A DNA stretch of 64,000 nt from Gaiellaceae bacterium (GTDB taxonomy: Bacteria; Actinomycetota; Thermoleophilia; Gaiellales; Gaiellaceae), in the NCBI GenBank assembly GCA_044870105.1, contig JBIOYJ010000096.1:16126-80125 (forward strand). The letters run 5' to 3'. The notes beneath the pieces were generated by a model. The model had not been told where the DNA came from. It did not search any database and saw only the letters and a program-made list of their open reading frames with translations. A program made the translations under genes and the position numbers. The number at the start of each line of letters is the position of its first letter. The first letter of the stretch is position 1. Below, piece by piece: positions 55,464 to 64,000 of this stretch.

Positions 55464-57090
55464 ACTCCGGATCGAGAATCTCGTCCTGATTCGCGAGGCC
55501 GACCTCGAGCCGGCGGGCGGCCTGAACGCGATCACGGGCGAGACCGGAGCCGGCAAGACGATCCTCGCGCAGGCGATCGGGCTGTTGCTCGGCGCCCGCG
55601 GAGACGCGGCGTACATCGGCGCCGACGGGGACGAGGCCTACGTCGAGGCGGAACTCGACCTGCCGGCGGGCCTGCTCGAGGAGGAGGGGATGGAGGCTCT
55701 CGCCGAGCTCCGGCCCGAAGACGAGGAAGGCCTCGTGATCGCGCGGCGCGTCTTCGCGGACGGGCGGACGAGGGCCTACGCCTGGGGACGCGCGACGGCG
55801 CGAGAGGATCTCGCCGCGGTCGGCGAGCGGCTGATCGCGATGTCGGGCCAATTCGAGCAGCGCCGCCTCGCGCGGCCTTCCTACCAGCTCGACGTCCTCG
55901 ACGCGTTTTGCGGCGACGATCAGCTGCGGCGTCGTGCCGAGACGCGGCTCGCTTGGCGCGAGCTTCAACAGGCGCGGCGCCGGTACGAGGAGGTGGAGCT
56001 CGGCGCCGTGGCCGCCGCGGCACGGCTTGACGAGCTGCGCGCGCTCGTCGAGGACAGCGAGGGCCTCGAGCCCGGCGCCGAGGAGTCCTTGCGCGCCGAG
56101 CGCGAACGGCTTCGCCACGCGACCGAGCTGGCGGCAGGCGTCGCCGCCGCAGGAGAGGCGCTCGCGCCGGAGGACGGAGACGGCGCGGCGAGTCTCGTCG
56201 CGGTGGCCGAGCGCGCGGTCGCGCCCCTCGAGGCTCTCGCGCCCGAGCTCCGGCACACGGGCGACGAGCTTCGCGAAGCGGAGCTGCGTCTGCGCGAGAC
56301 GGCTACCGAGCTGCGCAGCTTCCTCGCCTCGATCGAGGCCGAGCCCGACCGCCTCGACCGAGTCGAGTCGGAACTTGACCGGATCGCTCAGGCAAAGCGC
56401 CGCTTCCGCTGCGCTTCTTACGAGGAGCTGCTGGCACGTGCCGACGAGGCGCGTGCCGAGCTCGCTGCGCTCGAGGCCGGGGCCGATCCCGCCGCGGCCG
56501 CGCTCGAAGTACTGAAGGCGGCGGAGGGGCAGGTCGAGCGGCTCGCCTCCGAGTTGCGCGCCGAGCGGCAGGCGTCGGCGGACTCGTTCGCCGACGCGGT
56601 CGCCGCCGAGCTGCAGGGGATCGGCATGGGCGAGGGTAAGTTCCGCGTCGACCTCGCCCCGCACCCTATGGGTCTTGGAATGACCGGCGCGGATCAGGTC
56701 TCGTTCTCGATCCGGCCGAACCCCGGGCTGCCGTTCGCGCCTGTCGCGGAGACGGCGTCCGGCGGCGAGCTCTCGAGGATTGCTCTCGCGATCGCCGCTG
56801 TGGGCGGCGGCGAGACGATGATCTTCGACGAGATCGATGCGGGGATCGGCGGTCAGACGGCGCATGCCGTCGGCGAGACGCTACACAGGCTCGCGGAGCG
56901 GACTCAGGTGCTCACGATCACGCATCTGCCGCAGATCGCGAGCCGGGCTGACCGGCATTTCCGGGTCGAGAAGGTTTCCGGCGACCCGACGCATACGCAT
57001 ATCGAGCAGCTCGAAGAGGCCGACCGAAAAGAGGAGATCCAGCGTATGCTCGGCGGCGGAGAGTTCATCTCCGCCGTGCAGCGTGAATAG
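55453..57090 (+). CDS. recN: DNA repair protein RecN
   Basis: LRIENLVLI, ITGETGAGKTIL Walker A, long coiled coil, C-terminal SGGELSRI and FDEIDAGIGG. Confidence 0.9.
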   Translation: MLRRLRIENLVLIREADLEPAGGLNAITGETGAGKTILAQAIGLLLGARGDAAYIGADGDEAYVEAELDLPAGLLEEEGMEALAELRPEDEEGLVIARRVFADGRTRAYAWGRATAREDLAAVGERLIAMSGQFEQRRLARPSYQLDVLDAFCGDDQLRRRAETRLAWRELQQARRRYEEVELGAVAAAARLDELRALVEDSEGLEPGAEESLRAERERLRHATELAAGVAAAGEALAPEDGDGAASLVAVAERAVAPLEALAPELRHTGDELREAELRLRETATELRSFLASIEAEPDRLDRVESELDRIAQAKRRFRCASYEELLARADEARAELAALEAGADPAAAALEVLKAAEGQVERLASELRAERQASADSFADAVAAELQGIGMGEGKFRVDLAPHPMGLGMTGADQVSFSIRPNPGLPFAPVAETASGGELSRIALAIAAVGGGETMIFDEIDAGIGGQTAHAVGETLHRLAERTQVLTITHLPQIASRADRHFRVEKVSGDPTHTHIEQLEEADRKEEIQRMLGGGEFISAVQRE

Positions 57091-58219
57091 TTTCGTCGAG
57101 TTCACCGGGGCCGCGAAGCTCGACCGGCGGACGAAAAACCTCGTCCATCGGCTCGGGCCCGACGATGTCGCCGTCATCGATCACACGGACCTCGACCGGG
57201 TCTCCGCAGAGGAGCTGCTCGACTCCGGGGTGCGCGTTGTCGTCAACGTCGCCTTGTCCCAGAGCGGGCGCTTCCCGAACCCGGGTCCGCTGCTGCTCGT
57301 GCGTGGCGGCGTCCGGCTGATCGACGCACCCGGAGCGCCGCTCTTCGACGAGCTCTCTGAGGGGGAGCTGGTGACCGTGCGCGGCAGCAGCGTTTTCAGG
57401 AACGGAAGCTGCGTCGCGGTCGGCCGAACGCTCGGGGCAGATCTGCTCGCCCGAACGCTGGCCGAGCAGCGAGGGCGGGTCACCGAGGCGCTCGAGGAGT
57501 TTGCGGACAATACGCTGCGCTACCTGCGCGAGGAGGGCCGGCTGCTCTCCGGGGCGATCGAGTTCCCCTCCCTGGAGACCCGGTTTCGCGACCGGCAGGC
57601 GCTCGTGGTCGCGCGCGGGCCCGGCTACAAGCGCGACCTGCGGATCGTGCGTCCCTACGTGCGCGACTTCAAGCCGGTAATCGTGGGCGTGGACGGCGGC
57701 GCCGACGCGCTGATCGGGGCGGGTTACTCCCCGGACGTGATCGTGGGCGACATGGACTCCGTCTCCGACCGCGCGCTGAAGTCGAAGGGCGAGAAGATCG
57801 TGCATGCGTACGCAGGCGGTCTCGCCCCCGGTGCGGAGCGGCTGGAGCGGCTCGGCGTCGACTACCACGTGGTCTCGGCGCCGGGGATCAGCGAAGACCT
57901 GGCGTTGCTGCTGGCCTACGAGAAGGGAGCCGAGCTGATCGTCGCGGTCGGGACGCACTTCAACCTGCTCGAGTTCCTGGAGCGCAACCGGGCCGGCATG
58001 TCGTCGACCTTCGTGACCCGCCTGAAGGTGGGGGAGATCCTCGTCGACGCGAAGGGCGTCTCGCGGCTCGTGAGCCGACGGGTGGGGATCTGGCCGTTCG
58101 TCGCGTTTGTGCTGGCGGGGCTGACGGCGCTGACGGTCGCCGTACTCGCCTCGGAGCCGCTCCGGCGCCTGCTCAGCTTGCTCTTCCAGCGTGTCCGGGA
58201 TCTGCTCGGCCTCGGCTGA
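57083..58219 (+). CDS. steA: SteA-like cytokinetic ring protein
   Basis: GTG 57083; AKLDRRTKNLVHRLGPDDVAVIDHTDLDRVSAEEL...RFPNPGP matches my recollection of SteA (Rv1697 family) and sits after recN as in other Actinobacteria. Confidence 0.7.
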   Translation: MNSFVEFTGAAKLDRRTKNLVHRLGPDDVAVIDHTDLDRVSAEELLDSGVRVVVNVALSQSGRFPNPGPLLLVRGGVRLIDAPGAPLFDELSEGELVTVRGSSVFRNGSCVAVGRTLGADLLARTLAEQRGRVTEALEEFADNTLRYLREEGRLLSGAIEFPSLETRFRDRQALVVARGPGYKRDLRIVRPYVRDFKPVIVGVDGGADALIGAGYSPDVIVGDMDSVSDRALKSKGEKIVHAYAGGLAPGAERLERLGVDYHVVSAPGISEDLALLLAYEKGAELIVAVGTHFNLLEFLERNRAGMSSTFVTRLKVGEILVDAKGVSRLVSRRVGIWPFVAFVLAGLTALTVAVLASEPLRRLLSLLFQRVRDLLGLG

Positions 58220-58349
58220 GGCGGCAAATGCGGCGGAAATAAGGTTCGCCCAGCCTCCTCCCCGAGGTGATCGTATTGGGGAAGAGCGCGCGTGTGGCGC
58301 ACGGGTCAGCGACGAAAGAGCAACATTCGCAGCGAGAGAAACGAAGCCG

Positions 58350-58775
58350 ATGCCGACCGTCGCCGCACAACGCGAACTGCTCGCTTCCCGCGAGGACGTC
58401 TGGCGCTTCCTCGCCGAGCCGCACCACTTCCCCGATTGGTGGCCGGGCGTCGGCGGCGTCGAACCGGACCGGCGCGGCCTCGCCCCGGGTGCACGGTGGC
58501 AGATTCGCAGCAGCGGCCGCCCCGGCCTGATCCGCAAGCCGGACGCGACCGGGAGGCTCCTGATCCTGAAGGTGGAGCCGCCGCAGCGGCTCGCATGGCA
58601 GTTCACGGGAGAGGGGATCGACGCGGAGATCGAGCTGACGGCAAAAACATCCGACCGCACGGTCGCCGTGCTCACGGTCAGCGGCCCCTGGCTGATCGGC
58701 CTTCGCCGGTCGCTTCCGCGCAACGCGCTGAGCCGCCTGCACGCCCTGTGCCAGACTGCAGCTGAGCTGACGTAA
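58350..58775 (+). CDS. SRPBCC (START/polyketide-cyclase-like) domain protein
   Basis: 141 aa; ASREDVWRFLAEPHHFPDWWPGV pattern typical of SRPBCC family. Confidence 0.55.
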   Translation: MPTVAAQRELLASREDVWRFLAEPHHFPDWWPGVGGVEPDRRGLAPGARWQIRSSGRPGLIRKPDATGRLLILKVEPPQRLAWQFTGEGIDAEIELTAKTSDRTVAVLTVSGPWLIGLRRSLPRNALSRLHALCQTAAELT

Positions 58776-58777
58776 CG

Positions 58778-59693
58778 ATGTTCGACCTTCGCTACCACGT
58801 CGCATCGCTGGCGGCGGTCTTCCTCGCGCTCGTCATCGGGATCGTCGTCGGGGTTGGGATCGCCGACCGCGGCCTCGTCGACAAGGCGCAGAACGACCTG
58901 CTCGAGCAGCGCATCGCACGTCTCCAGAACGAGCTCGACCAGGCCCGCGACCAGATGGCGCGGATCGCGCTCGAGCAGAAGGCCGCGCGCAGCTTCATCG
59001 AGGACGCGTACCCCGCGCTCATGGGTAGGCGGCTCAAGGGCCGGCGGATCGCGCTGGTCTTCATCGGCTCGGTCGACGGCAAAATCAGGTCGAGCGTGGA
59101 GCAAACCCTCGCGGACGCGGGCGCGCCTCCGGTGCTGCGAGTCCGCGCGCTGCGCGTACCGGTGAACGTCGCCGACATGGACCGCAAGATCGCCTCCGAG
59201 CGGGGGCTCGAACGCTTCGTGGGGGACGAGCGCTTCGACGACCTCGGCCGCGGGGTCAATCAGGACGCCGAGCTGATCGGCCGCGCGTTGGGGGAGGATC
59301 TCGCCGTGGGCGGCGATCCGACCCTCTGGGACGCGCTGGCCGGACAGCTGGTCGAGGAGCGGATCGGCGGTGGCAAGAGGCCCGTCGACGGCGTGGTCGT
59401 CTATCGCTCGGCCGCGCGACAGCACGGCGATACGGCTTCGTTCCTCCGCGGCTTTTATCGCGGCCTCGCGTCGACCGACATCCCGGCGATCGGGGTCGAG
59501 TCCTCGCGCGAGGACGATTCGGCCGTGGGCGTCTACCGCCGGTTCGGGATCTCGACCGTGGACGACATCGACACGTCGATGGGGCGGCTGGCGCTTGCTC
59601 TCCTGCTCGACGGCGCGAAGTACGGGCACTACGGCCTGAAGCCGGAGTCCCGGGACGGCGTGCTGCCGCCGATCGAGCTGGCGACGACGGCGA

Positions 59694-59701
<8 letters not shown>
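58778..59701 (+). CDS. MctB-like (copper transporter / DUF3186) membrane-anchored protein
   Basis: MFDLRYHVASLAAVFLALVIGIVVG N-terminus as in MctB (Rv1698) family; same synteny. Confidence 0.6.
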
Positions 59702-62545
<2,844 letters not shown>

Positions 62546-62554
62546 GATCGCCGA

Positions 62555-62575
62555 GGCGCCGCTTGCGGTGGCGCC
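62555..62575 (+). repeat. CGCTTGCG-core hairpin (copy P)
   Basis: GGCGCCGC-TTGCG-GTGGCGCC (8 bp incl. one G-T), followed by hairpin 62585-62601 and GCCGTCT. Confidence 0.6.
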
Positions 62576-62653
62576 GTCAGGACACGCGGGCTCTGCCCGT
62601 GCGGCCGTCTGAAATGACCGGTCGATACACCGGAGCAATCTAAGATCGCGCTC

Positions 62654-63787
62654 GTGTCCACCGTTGCGGCGCCTGACGTTGTCGCCCTGTTCACCGAGCT
62701 CGCCGCGCTTCCGAGTCCCTCGAAGGCGGAGCGGGAGGTCGCCGACCGCGTGATCGCGTATCTACGGGGGCTCGGGCTCGAGGTCGACGAGGACGACGCG
62801 GGCGGCCGCATCGGCTCGACGATGGGAAACCTCTACTGCCGGCTCCAGCCGACCGACGACGACGGGACGCCGGTCTTCTTCTGCGCGCACCTCGACACGG
62901 TGCCGCCGACCGCGTCGATCGAGCCCGTGCTCGAAGACGGCGTACTGCGGAACGCCGGCGGGACGATCCTCGGCGCGGACAACAAGTCGGCCGTGGCTGC
63001 CATGCTCGAGGCGGCACGGCGCGTCGTCGAGGAGCAGCGGCCCCACGCGGGCGTCGAGCTGCTGTTCACACCGATGGAGGAGGTCGGCCTGCGCGGCGCC
63101 GAGGCGTTCGACCACGCGCGGTTTCGGGCCCGCGTTGGATTCGTCTACGACCACGCGGCCCCGATCGGCGACGTGATCCTCGGTGCGCCGCATCAGCGCA
63201 AGATCGACGTCGAATTCCACGGGCGTGCATCGCATTCCGGCATGTATCCCGAGGAGGGCCGCTCAGCGATCGCGGCGGCGGGGCGGGCGCTCGCGGATCT
63301 CAGGCTCGGAAGGCTCGACGACGAGACGACCGCGAACGTCGGTCAAATCGCGGGGGGTACGGCGCGCAACATCGTCCCCGACCACTGCATGCTCACTGCG
63401 GAAGCCCGCTCGCACGACGAACGCAAGCTGGCCGACCTCGTCCAGGAGATGCTCGACACCGTCACCTTCGCGGCGGGAACGGCCGAGTGCGACGTCGAGA
63501 CGCGGGTCGAGCAGGCGGCGCGGGGCTACCAGTTCCGGAAGGACGATCTCCCGGTGCGGCTCGCTTGTGCCGCGCTCGAGCGGGCAGGGTTCACGCCGCG
63601 CTTCATCCTGAGCGGGGGCGGCGCGGACGCGAACGTGTTCAACGAGCGCGGCCTGGAGTGCCTCAACCTCGCCAACGGGATGGAGAACATCCACACGCCC
63701 GACGAGCAGATCGCCGCCGCGGACCTCGAAGCGATGGTGGAGGTCACGCTCGCGCTGATCGACGAAGCACGTGCCGTTAACGCTTAG
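62654..63787 (+). CDS. M20-family metallopeptidase (tripeptidase/PepT-like)
   Basis: FCAHLDTVP, GADNKSAVA, MEEVGLRGA, HxSxxPE motifs; GTG preceded by TAAGAT-N7. Confidence 0.8.
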   Translation: MSTVAAPDVVALFTELAALPSPSKAEREVADRVIAYLRGLGLEVDEDDAGGRIGSTMGNLYCRLQPTDDDGTPVFFCAHLDTVPPTASIEPVLEDGVLRNAGGTILGADNKSAVAAMLEAARRVVEEQRPHAGVELLFTPMEEVGLRGAEAFDHARFRARVGFVYDHAAPIGDVILGAPHQRKIDVEFHGRASHSGMYPEEGRSAIAAAGRALADLRLGRLDDETTANVGQIAGGTARNIVPDHCMLTAEARSHDERKLADLVQEMLDTVTFAAGTAECDVETRVEQAARGYQFRKDDLPVRLACAALERAGFTPRFILSGGGADANVFNERGLECLNLANGMENIHTPDEQIAAADLEAMVEVTLALIDEARAVNA

Positions 63788-64000
63788 GCGCGGGACAGTC
63801 ACCGCGATCGTCAAGCGCCTCGAGGGACTCGCGCGAATCGAGGTCGACGGAGTCGCGTGCATCGCGTATCCCGAGCTGACCGGCCCCGTTGCGCTCGGCG
63901 ACGAGGTCGTCGTCAACGTTCAGGCCCGCGAGCTCGAGCTCGGTTCCGGCGGCTTCGACGTCCTCTACGCGAACCTGACGCGCGGGCTCGAGCTTCCCGC
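63771..64000 (+). CDS. DUF3866-like protein (5' part, runs off the window)
   Basis: Frame from GTG 63771 is open to the edge: LRRGTVTAIVKRLEGLARIEVDGVACIAYPELTGPVALGDEVVVNVQARELELGSGGFDVLYANLTRGL, which I recall as the DUF3866 N-terminus; not in the ORF track because no stop is reached. Confidence 0.45.
   Translation, partial: MPLTLRRGTVTAIVKRLEGLARIEVDGVACIAYPELTGPVALGDEVVVNVQARELELGSGGFDVLYANLTRGLELP

Overview
Very GC-rich, gene-dense chromosomal segment with actinobacterial-type synteny, mostly housekeeping. All calls come from reading the sequence and ORF track by eye; no database search or folding program was run.

Gene content, in window order:
- tRNA synthetases: gltX, hisS-aspS, alaS.
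- hut operon: formimidoyltransferase-hutH-hutU-hutI.
- Shikimate and neighbours: mltG-aroE-aroC-aroKB-aroQ-pepP-efp.
- Firmicute-like block: BCCP-accC-asp23-nusB-(xseB-like)-ispA-tlyA-nadK-recN.
- Cell-division block: steA-mctB-like-pyrG.
- Two tRNAs, Glu-CUC and Gln-CUG, bracket an envelope cluster (O-antigen-ligase/TPR protein, ECF sigma, two L,D-transpeptidase paralogues, a G1-peptidase-like protein).
- I found no rRNA, CRISPR array, transposase, integrase or recognisable defence/toxin system.

Most noteworthy observations:
1. A family of intergenic stem-loop repeats built around CGCTTGCG, a G(CUUG)C tetraloop. One ~55-nt two-hairpin unit occurs in both orientations, with compensatory base changes between the copies.
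2. Pervasive leaderless gene starts (TANNNT 6-8 nt before the start codon). Two divergent gene pairs lie only 17-18 bp apart and share one overlapping -10 box. Several junctions use a TAG stop codon as the first half of the next gene's -10 box.
3. A BCCP fused to an OadA/5S-type carboxyltransferase domain in which all four metal ligands are substituted.
4. A GT2 glycosyltransferase fused to a truncated MraY/WecA-like membrane module in the steA-pyrG cluster.
5. A translationally coupled DivIVA-like / twin-membrane-protein / RlpA-like module.

Many long ORFs in the track are antisense or 5'-extended artefacts of high GC. Starts were re-set using 4-nt stop/start overlaps and the -10 spacing rule.
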